Source: Coraliomargaritaceae bacterium (GTDB lineage Bacteria; Verrucomicrobiota; Verrucomicrobiia; Opitutales; Coraliomargaritaceae). Taken from it: a stretch of DNA of 64,000 nucleotides. A program made the position numbers and the translations under genes. The notes beneath the pieces are model-generated. The model worked only from the letters and a program-made list of their open reading frames with translations. It was not told the DNA's origin and searched no databases. The DNA is taken from positions 72,771 to 136,770 of the forward strand of contig CBFIAI010000003.1 of assembly GCA_965660465.1 (NCBI GenBank). Reading direction: 5' to 3'. This document shows positions 29,320 to 42,086 of this stretch, one piece after another (position 1 is the stretch's first letter; the number at the start of each line of letters is the position of its first letter).

Positions 29320-30666
29320 ATGAAAATCATTATTGTAGGTGCCGGCGAAGTCGGGCACAACCTGTGCGACACGCTCTCGAAAGCCGGGCATGACGTAACG
29401 GTTGTCGAACAATCCGAGCAACGCGTTACCCAGTTGGACGAGGAGCAGAACGCTCGTATCGTCAAGGGCAACGGTAGTTCTGCACGTCAACTCGTTGATC
29501 TCGACGTAGCCCGCTGCGACGCCTTTCTGGCCATGACTAGCGACGACCGCACCAATCTCATCTCTTGCTCACTGGCCAAGGGTCTCGGCGCGAAAAACAC
29601 ATTCGCCCGTATCCATGACGAGACCTACAGCGACAACTCTGTAATCAACTACCAACTGCATTTCGGCATCGACCTGCTGGTTAATCCCGAAGCCATTTGC
29701 GCGGTCGAGCTAGCCAAAGCGATCCGCAACCCGGGCCGCGTTGCGGTAGAAAATTTTGCCCGTGGACAAATCGAATTCCAGCAACAACGGGTGGCCCCCG
29801 GATCCAGACTGATCGGACAGCAACTGAAGCAGCTCAAACTCGATCCCAGAGTACGCATCGGCTACGTTCAACGCGATGGACAAGGAGAAATCGCCGGGGC
29901 GGAGACCGTTTTGCAGGAAGGAGACCGCGTAACCCTTTTCGGCTATCCCGATGCCCTATTTAGCCTGCGCGAGCGCTTCGACCCAAAAAATAAGATTAAA
30001 GAAGTACGCGTCGTACTCTTTGGCGGGACAGAGACCGCTATCAGCCTGATGCGCCTGCTGACAAATCCTCGATTCCGCATCCGCGTCCTTGAAAAAGATC
30101 CCTCACGTTGCCAACAAATCGCCGAGAGCTTTCCACATGTGGAGGTGATCTGCGGCGATGGGACATCGCTTCGCCTGCTCGAAGAAGAGCAGATTTCTGA
30201 GGCCGATTATTTTGTAGCCTGCACAAAGGACGACGAAGAAAATATCCTAACCTGCCTACAGGCCGCCAAGCTCGGTGCCGATCATGTACAATTAGTCGTC
30301 AACAAGGGCGACTACGAGCAACTCGAAGGCATCCTCAAGACGATCCTTGGCATTGAGATGGTTGTCTCCCCCCGCCGCGCCACCGCAGATTTTATGGTCC
30401 GCAGCCTCTCCACGGAAACGGCGGCCACACTCGCGGAACTTCCCGACGGAGGTCGTATTCTCGAAGTTAAACTGGATCACTCAAGCCCCGTCGTTGGCAA
30501 GCGCGTCAAAGATATCCAGCTCCCCCGCAGCAGTCTTTTCGTCGCCATCCAACACAAATTCAAAGCAGGTGTACCCACCGCTGAAGATACCCTGCTGGCC
30601 GGCGACCGCGTGCTGGTTCTCGTTGATCAATCTGAGAAAAAAGCACTCCTTTCCAAGCTAGTCTAA
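29320..30666 (+). CDS. trkA: Trk system potassium uptake protein TrkA
   Basis: Two RCK/NAD-binding repeats. The first is [30 protein letters not shown]. 448 aa. Confidence 0.9.
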   Translation: MKIIIVGAGEVGHNLCDTLSKAGHDVTVVEQSEQRVTQLDEEQNARIVKGNGSSARQLVDLDVARCDAFLAMTSDDRTNLISCSLAKGLGAKNTFARIHDETYSDNSVINYQLHFGIDLLVNPEAICAVELAKAIRNPGRVAVENFARGQIEFQQQRVAPGSRLIGQQLKQLKLDPRVRIGYVQRDGQGEIAGAETVLQEGDRVTLFGYPDALFSLRERFDPKNKIKEVRVVLFGGTETAISLMRLLTNPRFRIRVLEKDPSRCQQIAESFPHVEVICGDGTSLRLLEEEQISEADYFVACTKDDEENILTCLQAAKLGADHVQLVVNKGDYEQLEGILKTILGIEMVVSPRRATADFMVRSLSTETAATLAELPDGGRILEVKLDHSSPVVGKRVKDIQLPRSSLFVAIQHKFKAGVPTAEDTLLAGDRVLVLVDQSEKKALLSKLV

Positions 30667-30708
30667 ATTGGCGAAGCCACTACCGACCTCCTTTAACCAG
30701 ACGCTCCC

Positions 30709-32181
30709 GTGAACGCCGGAATCCTCTTCAAAATGTTGGGTAAGGTACTCCTTGTCCTCGCAGGAGCCTTCGCACTCTGTATTCTTGTAGGTCTATTAAA
30801 TGGAGAAACCCTCTTCATCGACCGCTCCAGCCAAGCCTTCCTCGTCTGCGTCCTGGTCTCTTGCCTCTTTTCCGGACTTTTTCACTATCTCGGGCGCAAT
30901 ACGAGCGACCGAATGTTCCGAAGGGAAGCACTTTGCCTGATCGGCCTGTCTTGGTTTCTCGCAACCTTCATTGGCGCAATCCCTTATCTCCTGATTGTTG
31001 AAGACTGCGCCTTCTCTGATGCCCTCTTTGAGTGCAGCTCCGGACTCACCACCACCGGAGCCACTGCCTTCAATAATTTCCACGAGTTCCCCGCCAGCTT
31101 ACTCTTTTGGCGCTCCCTCAGTCAATGGATGGGCGGCCTCGGTGTGGTTGTCTTTTTCGTCGCCTTGCTCTCTTCCCTCGGCGCCGGGGCTAAAATTCTC
31201 TTTAGTAGCGAATCCTCCGGCTCGGCCGCCGATTTTGATCAGGGGCGCATCCAGCATGGAGCCGTCATTCTCATGCTCTATTATCTGGGCATCTCCACCG
31301 TCTGCGCGATTGCCTACAAACTCGCCGGCATGACCTGGTTTCAGGCCGTCAACCACGCAATGACCACCATTGCTACCGGCGGTTTTAGCACCGAGGCCGA
31401 AAGCATTATGCATTTCCGCAGCCCACTAATTGAGTGGATCGCCATCTTCTTCATGGCACTCAGCGCCACGACCTTTCTCTTTGTTATCCGCATCTTTTCC
31501 CGCCGTTGGCACCTCCTGCGCAATGGTCAGGAAGTCTACTGGTTTTATTCCATTCTCCTCGGTAGCACTTTTTTGCTGACTATCTACCTAGTGGAGTTAA
31601 CCGGCCAACTGCCCTCCACGGAAAGCTTCCGAACCGCTCTCTTTCAAGCGGTTTCCATTATGACGACAACCGGCTACGCATCGACCGACTTTGAAACCTG
31701 GCTACCCCCCGCCAAGATGCTCCTCATCACTTTAATGTTCATCGGCGGTTGCTCCGGTTCCACTGCCGGAGGCGTAAAAGTCGTGCGGATCCTCATCGCC
31801 ATGCGAGGCTCCTTGCGCAGCATCGCCCACGCCATGCGCCCAAATCTGACCCTATCCATGCGAATGGGGGGCAAGCCACTGCGAGAGAGCGCCGTGCAGA
31901 ATGTCGTCATCTTCCTTATGCTGATGATTGCCCTGCAGATCATCTCCATGCTCTTTGTTTCCGCTAATGAACCGGAGTTAACCTTTCTCAGCACCTTTTC
32001 CTGCGTGCAGGCCACCCTCTTCAATATTGGCCCGGGCTTCGACCAAGTCGGCCCCTACGAAAACTTCCACTTCCTGCGTGGTTCCACCAAGCTGTATCTC
32101 TCCCTGCTCATGACTCTGGGCAGGCTGGAGCTCTACGCCGTGCTTGTACTCTTTACGCCGATGGCTTGGCGGCGGTTCTAA
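30709..32181 (+). CDS. trkH: Trk system potassium transporter TrkH
   Basis: 490 aa, polytopic, with repeated pore-loop motifs TTTGAT, TGGFST and TTTGYAS. GTG start. Adjacent to trkA. Confidence 0.9.
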   Translation: MNAGILFKMLGKVLLVLAGAFALCILVGLLNGETLFIDRSSQAFLVCVLVSCLFSGLFHYLGRNTSDRMFRREALCLIGLSWFLATFIGAIPYLLIVEDCAFSDALFECSSGLTTTGATAFNNFHEFPASLLFWRSLSQWMGGLGVVVFFVALLSSLGAGAKILFSSESSGSAADFDQGRIQHGAVILMLYYLGISTVCAIAYKLAGMTWFQAVNHAMTTIATGGFSTEAESIMHFRSPLIEWIAIFFMALSATTFLFVIRIFSRRWHLLRNGQEVYWFYSILLGSTFLLTIYLVELTGQLPSTESFRTALFQAVSIMTTTGYASTDFETWLPPAKMLLITLMFIGGCSGSTAGGVKVVRILIAMRGSLRSIAHAMRPNLTLSMRMGGKPLRESAVQNVVIFLMLMIALQIISMLFVSANEPELTFLSTFSCVQATLFNIGPGFDQVGPYENFHFLRGSTKLYLSLLMTLGRLELYAVLVLFTPMAWRRF

Positions 32182-32232
32182 AGCAGACGCCACCCAAAAT
32201 ATTATTTGAGCTGCCCGTTTGCCTCGTTTGGA

Positions 32233-32463
32233 TTAACCGTCCTCGCCAATGGCCTCTACGGGACAACCCTCCAGCGCCTCCATACACAGAGCCACATCTT
32301 CTTCGGAAGTAGGCTGTGCATGCACAAAGGAGTAGCCCCCGTCCTCATTGCGAGTAAAGAAATCCGGTGCCGTCTCACGGCACAGATCGCAGTCGATACA
32401 TTGCTCGTCTACATAAAACTTACCTGCGGAGTTTTCCGGCCACTTATCATCTTTTTCTGCCAT
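32233..32463 (-). CDS. 4Fe-4S ferredoxin
   Basis: 76 aa with KFYVDEQCIDCDLCRETAP and a distal Cys in LEGCPVEAI. Confidence 0.85.
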   Translation of the reverse strand: MAEKDDKWPENSAGKFYVDEQCIDCDLCRETAPDFFTRNEDGGYSFVHAQPTSEEDVALCMEALEGCPVEAIGEDG

Positions 32464-32549
32464 AGGTATGAAAGCTAAGGATATTCTCTAAGAGTCAAGC
32501 CGGAAGCAGCAGAAGCCTACGGGAACATGCGTCCTCTGAAACGGTCTCG

Positions 32550-33530
32550 ATGCTTGGCAAACAGGGGATCCTTGCTATCTTCTACAACTTCATGCTCTAC
32601 GACCGACCATACATGCGCCAGGGTGGCGACCCAGAATCCGGACAAACCGCTGCTTACATGACGCTCCTTTTTGTCACGGTGGGTGTCTTTGTTCTGCAAC
32701 AGTTGCTCAATGTTCTCTTTCCCGGGCAACTCCCCTATCGCACAAATAGCTTCTTCACCGAGTGGTTCGCCCTCAGCGGCGAACATTTCCGCAACTTGAA
32801 GGTTTGGACGACTCTTAGCTATACCTTCCTCCATAGCACCAGCGGATTCATGCACATCCTTGGCAATATGCTAGGGCTCTTCTTCCTTGGCCGCATCTTG
32901 GAGCCCCTCATTGGACGTGCTCAATTTCTCGCCCTCTACTTCGGAGGTACTTTGTTCGGCGCCTTCGCCTACCTAGCCTTTCACTACAACGATGGCTTTC
33001 CCGTAGTCGGCGCTTCTGCCAGTATTCTTGCCCTCCTCGCTTTTTTCTGCAAACTGCGCCCCGAACAACCGATCACCCTTCTGCTCTTCTTTGTTATACC
33101 CATTACATTGAAGCCGAAATGGGTCTTTTGGATAACCCTTGGCGTTTCTGTTGCCGGAGTCCTCGGCGGCGAACTGCCCGCCCTCCTCGGCAATGGCCCA
33201 GCGACTACCAATATTGCACATTCTGCTCACCTCGGCGGTCTGCTCTGGGGTGTTCTCTTTTTCCGCTACATATACGAAGGCAATGGGTTTGCATTTCTCA
33301 AACGCTTCCGTGGCACCTCGGTTAGCACACCAGCAGAACCACCTTCCTGGTTCAAACGCCGTCCCAACAGCACCCGCAAGCTCAACTACAGCGTAAACCG
33401 GGATAACCGCGATGAGCTTCAGGCCGAAGTCGACCGCATCTTGGACAAAATTAACCTTTCCGGATTTGGCTCCCTCAGCGAAGAAGAAAAAAACACCCTC
33501 GACCGCGCCAAAGAAATCCTCCGCCAATGA
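32550..33530 (+). CDS. rhomboid family intramembrane serine protease
   Basis: GASASILAL (catalytic Ser) and [12 protein letters not shown] (catalytic His), with six TM segments. Confidence 0.85.
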   Translation: MLGKQGILAIFYNFMLYDRPYMRQGGDPESGQTAAYMTLLFVTVGVFVLQQLLNVLFPGQLPYRTNSFFTEWFALSGEHFRNLKVWTTLSYTFLHSTSGFMHILGNMLGLFFLGRILEPLIGRAQFLALYFGGTLFGAFAYLAFHYNDGFPVVGASASILALLAFFCKLRPEQPITLLLFFVIPITLKPKWVFWITLGVSVAGVLGGELPALLGNGPATTNIAHSAHLGGLLWGVLFFRYIYEGNGFAFLKRFRGTSVSTPAEPPSWFKRRPNSTRKLNYSVNRDNRDELQAEVDRILDKINLSGFGSLSEEEKNTLDRAKEILRQ

Positions 33531-35926
33531 TAAAAACGAACCCCCTAGTCCCTCAACTGATTTGCCTGCTCGTCCTTCTCGGGTCTGCCCTGCAGCTCCG
33601 CGCGGAGTCAACCAGCACACTAGAGCCCAGCAAAGATATGGCTGCCCAAACCCGCTGGGTCGTCAATACCATCCACTCCCGACACTATTTGCGTGAAAGT
33701 ATGCAAAAGCTCGATGGCAAAGAGATCATTGAGGCCTACATCAAGTCTTTCGACTACTCCAAAATGCACTTTACCCGCCGGCAAGTTGACGACTTTGTCT
33801 TCCGCTTTGCCTCGGCCACCGAAGGCCTCTTTGAAAAAGGCAACCTCTATGCCGCTTTCCAAATTTACGAAGCCTACAGAGAGGCTGTCCGGAAGCGTAC
33901 CGAATGGGTCTACCAATACCTCGATGGCCCCATTGAATTTACGGACGAAGAAACGTTTTCCCCGGATCGGCGTGAAGTTGAATGGCCACAAGACCAAGCC
34001 GAAGCCGACCGCATTTGGGAACAACGACTAAAATACCAACTACTCAACGAGTTGCTCTCTCTGGCCTCGGAAAGCGAGGAGGACGACAGTGCAGCAAACC
34101 TGAAAGAACCTGCGGCCACCATTGACGAACCGAAATTCGATCCGAAAAAGCTGCGCAGACTGCTCGAAGATTCTGACTTTTATACAGACACCCTCGACCA
34201 GGCCCGGGCAAAGATACACCGCCGATATGAACGCCAGTTGGGTCAAACAATGGAACGCGAATCCGCCGAGGTACAAGAGGTCTTTATCAACGCAATGACC
34301 CAGCTTTTCGATCCGCACTCCTCTTTCCTCTCCTCCGATACTCTGGAGAGTTTTAACTCCTCAGTACAAAACTCATTTGTCGGTATTGGTGCTATGCTCG
34401 AAGACAAAGATGGCATCTGTACGGTAAAGGAAATCCTTCCGGGTGGCCCGGCAGAAGAATCCGGCTTACTCAGCGCAGAAGATCAGATCCTCGGAGTCGC
34501 TCAAGGAAAAGAAGGTGAATTCGAAGATGTTGTCGATATGCAGCTCCGTTACATCGTGCGAAAGATCAAGGGTGAAAAAAACACTATCGTGCGACTACTC
34601 ATCCGCCCGGGAGACGCGGCCGACCCCTCTGTACGAAAGGATATCTCCATCCTCCGCGATGAAGTGAAACTCACTGCCAATCTTGCCACAGGCACAATTA
34701 TTCAGATCCCCCAGCCCTCTGGTGAAATGATCCCGGTCGGCGTTATCGAACTGCCCTCCTTCTACGGAAATATCGGAGGCGGCTCACTCACCACAACCTC
34801 TCATGACGTTGCCGAACTAATCCTCAAGTTAAGCGAAGCGGGCGCACAAGGCCTCATCCTCGACTTGCGCATGAATGGCGGAGGTCTACTAAATGAAGCA
34901 GTCCGCGTCGCCGGCCTATTCATCCCGGAAGGCCCGGTTGTGCAGGTCCGCGACAAAGACGGTCGTACTGATGTACTCTCCGACCAAGATTCACGAATGC
35001 TCTGGGGCGGTCCCCTCATCGTTCTCACCTCTCGCTTCAGTGCCTCCGCCTCGGAGATTGTCGCTGGCGCACTACAAGATCATGGCCGCGCACTCATTGT
35101 TGGCAATAGCTCTACACACGGTAAAGGCACCGTTCAGGAAGTCTACCATATGAGCAATCGCCCGGTTTTCTCGTGGTTCAGTCAATCCCTCCAACAGACC
35201 CGACCGGTCGCCTCAAAAATAACGATCAAGCAATTTTATCTGCCCGGCGGCCACTCCACTCAAATGCGCGGTGTCCCCTCAGACATTGTCCTCGACTCTG
35301 CAAACGAGTTCTTGCCGATCGGCGAATCCGACCTCCCCCATGCATTACCCTGGGACTCTATTGAATCTCTCGATTGCGAAAATCAATGGAGTCGTCTTGA
35401 CATCTCCAGCCCATTGGAGTCGGACCTTCTCGAGCAATTGAGTGACGCCAGCGAACAACGGCAGGAAAGCCTCGAGGAATTTGTTTTTCTCGAACAACAG
35501 GTAGCCTGGCGGCGCAAACGCATCGAAGAAAAAGACATCTCCCTCAACCTTGACCAACGCATCCATCGGCAGATCAGCGAACAAGCTCAGGTAGATCGCC
35601 TTGATGACAGCTATGAAGCACTCCGAGAGTACAGCTATGATTCCGAGTCCATCTTGCTCCGCCTCGCAGAAGAACAGGAAGCTATTTCCAAGGCAAACAT
35701 AGAGAAGGCAGAATCCGCTCAAGCGGAACTTCTTGCTGAGACTTCAGTTGAAGCGGGCTCTGAAGGAGCCGAAGCAAAAGAAGTAAGCGAAGAAGAAGAG
35801 TCGCCACCTTTCGATATCCACCTACGTGAAACCGCCCGTATCATGGCTGACTGGGTTCGTCTAGAATCTGAGCCTACCAGTGTCGCCACTAAAGGACTCG
35901 AAACAATTCACTCAGACGCCAACTAG
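33527..35926 (+). CDS. prc: tail-specific (C-terminal processing) protease, S41 family
   Basis: PDZ domain ([29 protein letters not shown]), [11 protein letters not shown], and [14 protein letters not shown] with the catalytic Ser. 799 aa. There is a 4-nt overlap with the rhomboid gene. Confidence 0.85.
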   Translation: MIKTNPLVPQLICLLVLLGSALQLRAESTSTLEPSKDMAAQTRWVVNTIHSRHYLRESMQKLDGKEIIEAYIKSFDYSKMHFTRRQVDDFVFRFASATEGLFEKGNLYAAFQIYEAYREAVRKRTEWVYQYLDGPIEFTDEETFSPDRREVEWPQDQAEADRIWEQRLKYQLLNELLSLASESEEDDSAANLKEPAATIDEPKFDPKKLRRLLEDSDFYTDTLDQARAKIHRRYERQLGQTMERESAEVQEVFINAMTQLFDPHSSFLSSDTLESFNSSVQNSFVGIGAMLEDKDGICTVKEILPGGPAEESGLLSAEDQILGVAQGKEGEFEDVVDMQLRYIVRKIKGEKNTIVRLLIRPGDAADPSVRKDISILRDEVKLTANLATGTIIQIPQPSGEMIPVGVIELPSFYGNIGGGSLTTTSHDVAELILKLSEAGAQGLILDLRMNGGGLLNEAVRVAGLFIPEGPVVQVRDKDGRTDVLSDQDSRMLWGGPLIVLTSRFSASASEIVAGALQDHGRALIVGNSSTHGKGTVQEVYHMSNRPVFSWFSQSLQQTRPVASKITIKQFYLPGGHSTQMRGVPSDIVLDSANEFLPIGESDLPHALPWDSIESLDCENQWSRLDISSPLESDLLEQLSDASEQRQESLEEFVFLEQQVAWRRKRIEEKDISLNLDQRIHRQISEQAQVDRLDDSYEALREYSYDSESILLRLAEEQEAISKANIEKAESAQAELLAETSVEAGSEGAEAKEVSEEEESPPFDIHLRETARIMADWVRLESEPTSVATKGLETIHSDAN

Positions 35927-35948
35927 TTAGTTCGACCGAGCAGACGAA

Positions 35949-37406
35949 CTACCAAGTATACTCCACCGTGTAGCGGATGGTTGCCGCATCCTCCGGGGGG
36001 ATGTCTACCGGAAACTCAATGGTGCGTGCATCTGTTTTCTTATAGCCTTGCTCCGTGTCCACCTTCCAATTGGCCCAGCGGTACAGATGCTCCACTACAT
36101 GAACACCCACCGCTTTTTCGCTCCGATTACGTATTTCAATCTCAAAAGACTCACGAATCAAGTCCCTCGATGGATGCTTGAAAAAGTCGGTTTGCGTGCG
36201 TTCCCCGATCAGATCGAAAGCATTCCCCAGAAAAACCCGTACGGTCTCGCCCTTCGCCGTGTGGTCGATCTCGTTCTCGCCGGTAAACTCCAGCTGGCCG
36301 TCCTTATCCGCACGATAAAAACGCAGTCGCCCTCCCGGCAACGGTAGACCTAGCCCGTTGACCTCCGAATTTTCAAACTCCCGATAGATCGCCACATCCG
36401 GATGACTGTTTCCTCCGTAGCTTGGGTTCTCATTGATCCTCCCCTGGCCACGCCAGCCATAGGATAACGAGGCCCCATCGTAGACATAAAATCGCTTCGT
36501 CGCCACACTCCCACTGCGGATAAACTCTACCTGCTTCGTCTCTCGGTCATAGAGCGTCGTAGACAAGGGCAGACGATACACATGGAACTCATCAAACTTC
36601 TCCGACTCCACCTGAGGAGCCTTTTGCCGGGCCGACATTACAAACGCTTCCGCATACTCTCTTCTTTGGCGCGGCTGCACTTTGTTCACATCACCCGCGA
36701 CCAACTTGATCTTTGCATCCTCAAAAATCTTACCGGTCTCATTCTGTATCGAGACCCATCCAGTCAGCACCAAGTCATCCCCCTGCTCCGGCAGGACAAG
36801 ATTGTAGTCTGCCTTCCAGCTCAATCCTTCGGTAATATAGCTGAGTTGAGCATCCAGCTTTGCCGCTTCCTCCGAATACAGCTTCCATTCCAGCGTTGGC
36901 AATAAAACCGAATCATCCCCTAAGCTGGGAAATCTCGGCAAGCCCGGGAGCTGAGTCATTAATATACCCTCTACTTCTACAATGGGGTCTAGGTATCCCG
37001 GTGAATAGTGCGACTTTTCGCCCACTTGCATATCGTGATGTCGCTTCGGCGCTCGCAAGATACGTCCCTCTACCACGACCTCCGTATCCCCCACCTGTTT
37101 GAGAAAAGAAATTTTCTGCCCCTCAAATAATTCTAACAACCGGGGCTCATCCAGAGGGTCTCCACGATAACTCTGTTCTAAAACAAAAAAAACCACCTTG
37201 CCTGTGGGATCCCGTAAAACGACGGATTCTGGCTCCAGTTTGGTAGTCACCCCAGTGTAACTCACTTCATTGCTGCCGGGGTCGAGTTGCAGAAAAACCA
37301 TATCTCGCACCACGCCGAAATGATCGTTGTATATAGTGATAGCTGGACTGCCTATAAGGCGGGCAACCGCGAGGAAGCCCAAAAGGAGGGTTAGACTCTG
37401 CTGCAT
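35949..37406 (-). CDS. DUF4139-like secreted protein
   Basis: 485 aa with a signal peptide and beta-rich sequence. The family assignment is from memory of length and pattern, not from an alignment. Confidence 0.55.
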   Translation of the reverse strand: MQQSLTLLLGFLAVARLIGSPAITIYNDHFGVVRDMVFLQLDPGSNEVSYTGVTTKLEPESVVLRDPTGKVVFFVLEQSYRGDPLDEPRLLELFEGQKISFLKQVGDTEVVVEGRILRAPKRHHDMQVGEKSHYSPGYLDPIVEVEGILMTQLPGLPRFPSLGDDSVLLPTLEWKLYSEEAAKLDAQLSYITEGLSWKADYNLVLPEQGDDLVLTGWVSIQNETGKIFEDAKIKLVAGDVNKVQPRQRREYAEAFVMSARQKAPQVESEKFDEFHVYRLPLSTTLYDRETKQVEFIRSGSVATKRFYVYDGASLSYGWRGQGRINENPSYGGNSHPDVAIYREFENSEVNGLGLPLPGGRLRFYRADKDGQLEFTGENEIDHTAKGETVRVFLGNAFDLIGERTQTDFFKHPSRDLIRESFEIEIRNRSEKAVGVHVVEHLYRWANWKVDTEQGYKKTDARTIEFPVDIPPEDAATIRYTVEYTW

Positions 37407-37508
37407 AGGATGTATGAGGTATTGATGGATATTATTTTAAAGTGACGCCTGTAGACAGCAACCAGTCACCCGCGATCCAAATTTAATCGTGCTTGCGCAA
37501 ACAAAGCA

Positions 37509-38132
37509 CTACCCCTCGAGCAGCTCTCCAAAATTACAAAGTACCTCCATCGTATCTTCAAAGCGTATACGACTGGCTTCATCAGCCAGTAGCCCGGAAC
37601 AAGCAAACGCCAGAACCCCATTGCCGAGATAGAGCGAGGCACCTCTGGCATCCAATAGACCGCGCAAGGCCTGCCGTACTTCCGGCGCTAACAACATGGC
37701 TAAACGCACACCATCATTTGTGCGCACATCCAACACCCCATCAAAAGCAGTATCGCCGCTCAGCCAACGCACCTTTTCTCCGCTATCCCGTTGGCTCATG
37801 CCACTCAGTAATCCAGAACCTGTCATCTGTAGCCGTAGCCCTTTGTCCGCTACTGAGAGCTTCAATACCGTCTCCGTTTGACGCGTATTCTGCAGTCCTT
37901 TTCCCGGAGCCGATAGAGAAACTTCGCGCTCGCGATAATTTCCGTGTAAAAATGGCTCTGGCCGAACAAAGCCAAACAGGAGCACATCGGGTGCGGTCAA
38001 TTCAAGATCAAAACGCTTCGCTAATCGCTCGTATTGCTCAAGAATTCGACTACTCGACCTCTTGAGCAAAAACCAGTAAAGTAAAACCACTGAGGCAAGC
38101 AATGGAACCGCCAGAAAAGCCTGTGCAAACAT
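37509..38132 (-). CDS. hypothetical membrane-anchored protein
   Basis: N-terminal TM AFLAVPLLASVVLLYWFLL. 207 aa. No recognisable motif. Confidence 0.4.
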   Translation of the reverse strand: MFAQAFLAVPLLASVVLLYWFLLKRSSSRILEQYERLAKRFDLELTAPDVLLFGFVRPEPFLHGNYREREVSLSAPGKGLQNTRQTETVLKLSVADKGLRLQMTGSGLLSGMSQRDSGEKVRWLSGDTAFDGVLDVRTNDGVRLAMLLAPEVRQALRGLLDARGASLYLGNGVLAFACSGLLADEASRIRFEDTMEVLCNFGELLEG

Positions 38133-38238
38133 ACAATACCTCTGGCTAAAGACCCAACGGGTGGCCAGCCATTTCTATTACCTTCAATAGAGTTGCACCT
38201 TGCCACGATTACCCAATTATAATACCGGTTATTATAAG

Positions 38239-38652
38239 ATGAATCCTATTCAGATCCTAGTCTATATCACCCTATGTTTGCTCACAGCCTGTGCCAGTAG
38301 TCCACAAACACGGATTGATGAAGACCAAGCGTTGTTCAACAGCTATTCGGCGCATCAACAGTACCTCATTCGCACCGGTAAAATCGAGGTCGGCTTTGAC
38401 CAAAATCAGGTTCGACTGGCCTGGGGCAACCCACAACGAACCCGCGAAGATACCAGCACCAAAGGCACTCAACTTATCTGGGAGTACACCGTACTCCAGC
38501 CCCGCTTAGGAGCCTTTTCCAGCGCGACAATCAAGCGCGGGATTGATGTCGGAGTCCACGCACACGGCAGTCCGACAAAAACCAACCTGCGCGGACGCGT
38601 CTTCTTCAATCCTCAAACAGGCAAAGTCGCACGCTTTCAGGCCTTTCAATAA
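38239..38652 (+). CDS. hypothetical lipoprotein
   Basis: [21 protein letters not shown] contains the lipobox LTAC. I chose the ATG at 38239. Confidence 0.55.
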   Translation: MNPIQILVYITLCLLTACASSPQTRIDEDQALFNSYSAHQQYLIRTGKIEVGFDQNQVRLAWGNPQRTREDTSTKGTQLIWEYTVLQPRLGAFSSATIKRGIDVGVHAHGSPTKTNLRGRVFFNPQTGKVARFQAFQ

Positions 38653-38659
38653 CCTACCT

Positions 38660-39586
38660 ATGTCTATTGCTACGATCGCTACAAAAACCGCACTCAAAAC
38701 CCGACTACAGTGGAACGAACTCGATCCCGATTATTTACGGCAACTCGTTGGGCTGGCAAAAATTGAAGACTTAGCAGGTGCGGGACTCGCCCAACGACCC
38801 GAACAACTGGGCGACGTGACCACTGCTCTAATGCCGGAAAAGGTTTCCGGTGCCGCGCATCTATCCGCCCGCCAGCCGTTAATCGTATGTGGCATGGGCA
38901 TGGTCCCATTGGTACTACAGGCATACGACCCCTCCTGTCATTTTGAGCCTTCAGTTGAGGACGGCGATGCCGTAGAACAAGGCCAATCCATCGGTCAACT
39001 CGAAGGTCCGGCCACTGCCCTCCTCCAGGCCGAGCGCATCCTACTCAACTTCCTCCAGCACCTCTCCGGAATCGCCACCGAAACGCGACGCTATGCAGAC
39101 GCCCTCAAAGAAAGCCCGACCGCACTGCTCGATACCCGCAAAACACTACCCGGCTACCGAGTCCTGCAGAAATATGCTTTTGCCTGTGGTGGCGGTTATA
39201 ACCACCGCATTGGACTCTTCGATCGATTCATGCTGAAAGACAACCATCTGGCACTTTGTGGAGCCACGGATACGAGCTTAGTCGATGCCGTCGAACTCGC
39301 ACGACAAAGTTGCCCGAGTCTTCCCATCGAAGTGGAGGTCGATTCTGTCGGGCAAATCCCTCCCCTTCTCGAAGCGAGTGTGGATATCATCCTGCTCGAC
39401 AACTTCAGTCATGAGGATTTATCTGTAGCCATCCATATGATTGACGGACAAACCTGCACAGAAGCCAGCGGTGGCATTTCTCTGGAAACTCTGCCCGCCC
39501 TGTCTTCCCTCGGGCTCGATTTTATCTCCACCGGTTCGCCGGTTCACCAAAGTCAGTGGAAGGATATCGGTCTGGATTGGATTTAA
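38660..39586 (+). CDS. nadC: nicotinate-nucleotide diphosphorylase (carboxylating)
   Basis: [39 protein letters not shown] and LLDNF. I chose the ATG at 38660. Confidence 0.9.
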   Translation: MSIATIATKTALKTRLQWNELDPDYLRQLVGLAKIEDLAGAGLAQRPEQLGDVTTALMPEKVSGAAHLSARQPLIVCGMGMVPLVLQAYDPSCHFEPSVEDGDAVEQGQSIGQLEGPATALLQAERILLNFLQHLSGIATETRRYADALKESPTALLDTRKTLPGYRVLQKYAFACGGGYNHRIGLFDRFMLKDNHLALCGATDTSLVDAVELARQSCPSLPIEVEVDSVGQIPPLLEASVDIILLDNFSHEDLSVAIHMIDGQTCTEASGGISLETLPALSSLGLDFISTGSPVHQSQWKDIGLDWI

Positions 39587-39590
39587 TATT

Positions 39591-40619
39591 ATGCGTGATT
39601 CGCCAACTTACCGCCCGCAAAATGCACCCGAGGACAAACGTTACCTCCTACATACACTCATGGACGCCAAGGGCGCCTTCGTTTCCGGCACCCAGTTATC
39701 CGAGCATCTGGGTATCTCCAGAACGGCCATCTGGTTTAAAGTGCAAGCACTGAAAAAGGCTGGCTTTGATATCGATGCTATGCCCCAACGTGGCTACCGG
39801 GTGGAGGGTTCCCCCAATGTACTGCATGCAGTCCTCCTCGAAGAAGCCGCCAAATCCCTTGCGCTGGAAATACCGGTCCTCTACTACCCGGAGCTCGACA
39901 GCACGAATGACGAAGCCGAACGACAATTGGCCAAGGGTCGAAAAGCTCCTTTTGCCATCCTCGCCGGCAGCCAAACTCAAGGCCGAGGCCGTCGCCAGCG
40001 CGAGTGGTACAGCGCCTCCAAGGAAAATCTCTATCTGACCGTCGCCTTCGAGCCACGCCTGCCCGCTAGCCAGCTTCAACACTTTACCCTTTGGTGCGGC
40101 ATCCACCTGTGCCAAAGTTTGCAGAAACTCGTCCCGCAGGCACCCCTGCAGATCAAGTGGCCAAACGACCTCTATTGTGCAGGCAAGAAATTTGCCGGAA
40201 TGCTCACCGAAGCACGGCTCGATGCCGATGGTCTCAATACCCTGCTCTTTGGCTTCGGGCTGAATGTCAATAGCCAGCCCGAGGACTATCCGGATGATCT
40301 CTCGGAGATCGCCACCAGTCTGCGTGCGGTGAGTGGACAAGAGCTTCCGCTCAACCAACTCGCTCTCCTTAGCGTTCAGGCAATCCACCAGGCCTATAAC
40401 ACCTGTATCCAGAGTACAGACACCGATTCGCTCATACAGGCATGGGGTTCGCTGGACTACCTGGCCGGCAAACTGGTCTCCGCAGAACGCAGCGGCACCA
40501 CACTCGAGGGAATCGCCTGCGGTATCGATGCCTCCGGAGCGCTGCGAATTGAGGATGCAGACGGAAAGAAACAACTTGTCCATGCCGGAGATGTTACTCT
40601 GGAAAAAGCCGGAGCATGA
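39591..40619 (+). CDS. birA: bifunctional biotin-[acetyl-CoA-carboxylase] ligase / biotin operon repressor
   Basis: N-terminal wHTH ([28 protein letters not shown]), the ligase motif [14 protein letters not shown] and KWPNDL. I chose the ATG at 39591. Confidence 0.9.
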   Translation: MRDSPTYRPQNAPEDKRYLLHTLMDAKGAFVSGTQLSEHLGISRTAIWFKVQALKKAGFDIDAMPQRGYRVEGSPNVLHAVLLEEAAKSLALEIPVLYYPELDSTNDEAERQLAKGRKAPFAILAGSQTQGRGRRQREWYSASKENLYLTVAFEPRLPASQLQHFTLWCGIHLCQSLQKLVPQAPLQIKWPNDLYCAGKKFAGMLTEARLDADGLNTLLFGFGLNVNSQPEDYPDDLSEIATSLRAVSGQELPLNQLALLSVQAIHQAYNTCIQSTDTDSLIQAWGSLDYLAGKLVSAERSGTTLEGIACGIDASGALRIEDADGKKQLVHAGDVTLEKAGA

Positions 40620-41422
40620 AAATTCTCTGTATTGATGTCGGGAATACCAGCATCCACTACGGTCTGGTCGAAGGCTCCAACGTTAGCACAACAGGCCATT
40701 TCAGTACACAAGCCGCACTCGATCAGAACGGCTCCAAAGCACTACAGGCCGTCCTTAAGCCGCTCCTAGAGCAGTCCGTAGGCATCGCGTATTGTTCGGT
40801 CGTTCCTTCTTTGAACCCCATTCTGGAAACTGTACTCGAAGGCCGGAAAGATCACATCTTTTACCTCCACTGCGATAACTGTCCGGGACTACCCATCGTT
40901 TACCCAAAACCAGCCGAAATCGGACAAGATCGGCTCGCCAATGCAATCGCGGCCCAAGCACTACACGGGCTCCCCGCCGTGGTTGTTGACATGGGCACTG
41001 CAGTCAGTTTCGACGTCGTCTCCAGCAAAGGCTACGAAGGCGGGATCATCGCACCCGGAATTGGCCTCATGACCCGCTACCTCCACGAACAGACCGCCCT
41101 GCTCCCACAACTGGAAGAAGCCGATCTAGTCGCTCCGGATGTAGCGATTGGCAAATCCACCGTTGAAGCCATGCGCCTCGGCGTCGCCGTTGGCTTTTCC
41201 GGGATGATTGATGCCCTACTCGCCCGGGTGATCGCCGAACTCAAGACACGGGAGAAGAATGAACCCGTTGTTCTCGCCACTGGTGGCAGCTCGGCAAATC
41301 TTACCGCCGACTGGACGGGCAAAATTCAATTTGTCGAAAACCTCACCCTCAAGGGACTCGCGGTCGCCTACCAACGTAACGGCTCGGCAGAAGCTCTCCA
41401 CGGGCGAGAAACCAGAGATTGA
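40616..41422 (+). CDS. coaX: type III pantothenate kinase
   Basis: [28 protein letters not shown] and GIIAPG. There is a 4-nt overlap with birA. Confidence 0.9.
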   Translation: MKILCIDVGNTSIHYGLVEGSNVSTTGHFSTQAALDQNGSKALQAVLKPLLEQSVGIAYCSVVPSLNPILETVLEGRKDHIFYLHCDNCPGLPIVYPKPAEIGQDRLANAIAAQALHGLPAVVVDMGTAVSFDVVSSKGYEGGIIAPGIGLMTRYLHEQTALLPQLEEADLVAPDVAIGKSTVEAMRLGVAVGFSGMIDALLARVIAELKTREKNEPVVLATGGSSANLTADWTGKIQFVENLTLKGLAVAYQRNGSAEALHGRETRD

Positions 41423-41453
41423 CACTATAATAGTGTACACTATTATAGTGTAC
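41419..41453 (+). promoter_or_regulatory. putative promoter plus palindromic operator of the antitoxin-VapC module
   Basis: TTGACA (41419-41424, overlapping the coaX stop), a 16-nt spacer, then TATTAT (41441-41446). Two adjacent 15-bp near-palindromes, ACACTATAATAGTGT (41422-41436) and ACACTATTATAGTGT (41437-41451), are reverse complements of each other. They end 2 nt before the ATG. Confidence 0.5.
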
Positions 41454-41672
41454 ATGAAAAATATTACTTTGAGTGCCGACGAGGAATTAATTCGTCGCGC
41501 GCGGGAGCAAGCACGAGCCAGAAAAACGACACTCAACCAGCTTTTCCGTGACTGGCTCGGTGAAGTGGCGGCAATCGAACAGCGCAGCAGCCGAATCGAA
41601 TCCTTGCTGGAGCACTTGGACTACGTCAATGCGGGTAAATCGTACAGTCGGGAGGAAATGAATGCCCGCTGA
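41454..41672 (+). CDS. ribbon-helix-helix type antitoxin (VapB-like)
   Basis: 72 aa. MKNITLSADEELIRRAREQA is an RHH-like beta-strand plus helix. It overlaps the PIN toxin gene by 11 nt. I chose the ATG at 41454; the ORF-track start at 41259 lies inside coaX. Confidence 0.7.
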   Translation: MKNITLSADEELIRRAREQARARKTTLNQLFRDWLGEVAAIEQRSSRIESLLEHLDYVNAGKSYSREEMNAR

Positions 41673-42084
41673 GTATTTCCTCGATACAAATATACTGATC
41701 TACAGCTTTGATCAGCGGTTCCCTGGGAAAAGGCAAAGAGCCCGCCAACTTCTCACAAACACATCCGAGTGGGTCGTCAGTTGGCAAGTCGTGCAGGAGT
41801 TCTGCAACGTCGCCTTACACAAAATGGAGACACGAATGCTTCCGGAAGATTTACAGGATTTTCTACGCATCGTGCTCATGCCGAATTGCGCCGTTATGCC
41901 CACTGCCGAACTTTACCAGCAGGCCCTAAACATCCATAAGTCGACGCAATACCGTTTTTACGACAGCCTCATACTCGCCGGAGCGATCTCTGCAGGCGTT
42001 CGCCATCTGTGTTCCGAAGACCTGCAAGTCGGTAGAAGTTTCGGGGGATTGACCATCGTCAATCCCTTCGCACCAGAGAGCTAA
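41662..42084 (+). CDS. vapC: PIN-domain toxin VapC
   Basis: FLDTNILIYSFD (first acidic residue), QVVQEF, YDSLILAGAI and CSEDLQ. 140 aa. Confidence 0.85.
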   Translation: MPAEYFLDTNILIYSFDQRFPGKRQRARQLLTNTSEWVVSWQVVQEFCNVALHKMETRMLPEDLQDFLRIVLMPNCAVMPTAELYQQALNIHKSTQYRFYDSLILAGAISAGVRHLCSEDLQVGRSFGGLTIVNPFAPES

Positions 42085-42086
42085 TT

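Noticed and set aside
37185-37192. A8/T8 homopolymer inside the DUF4139-like CDS as a possible slippage or phase-variation site.
   Set aside because: It is a single 8-nt run that encodes VVFFV in frame. There is no associated evidence of variation, and the run is too short to call.
38192-38207. TGGCAAGGTGCAAC (minus strand) as a sigma-54 promoter for the 37509-38132 gene.
   Set aside because: The spacing between the GG and GC elements is about 8 nt instead of the required 12. The pilin upstream region (6211-6300) also lacks a proper -24/-12 pair.
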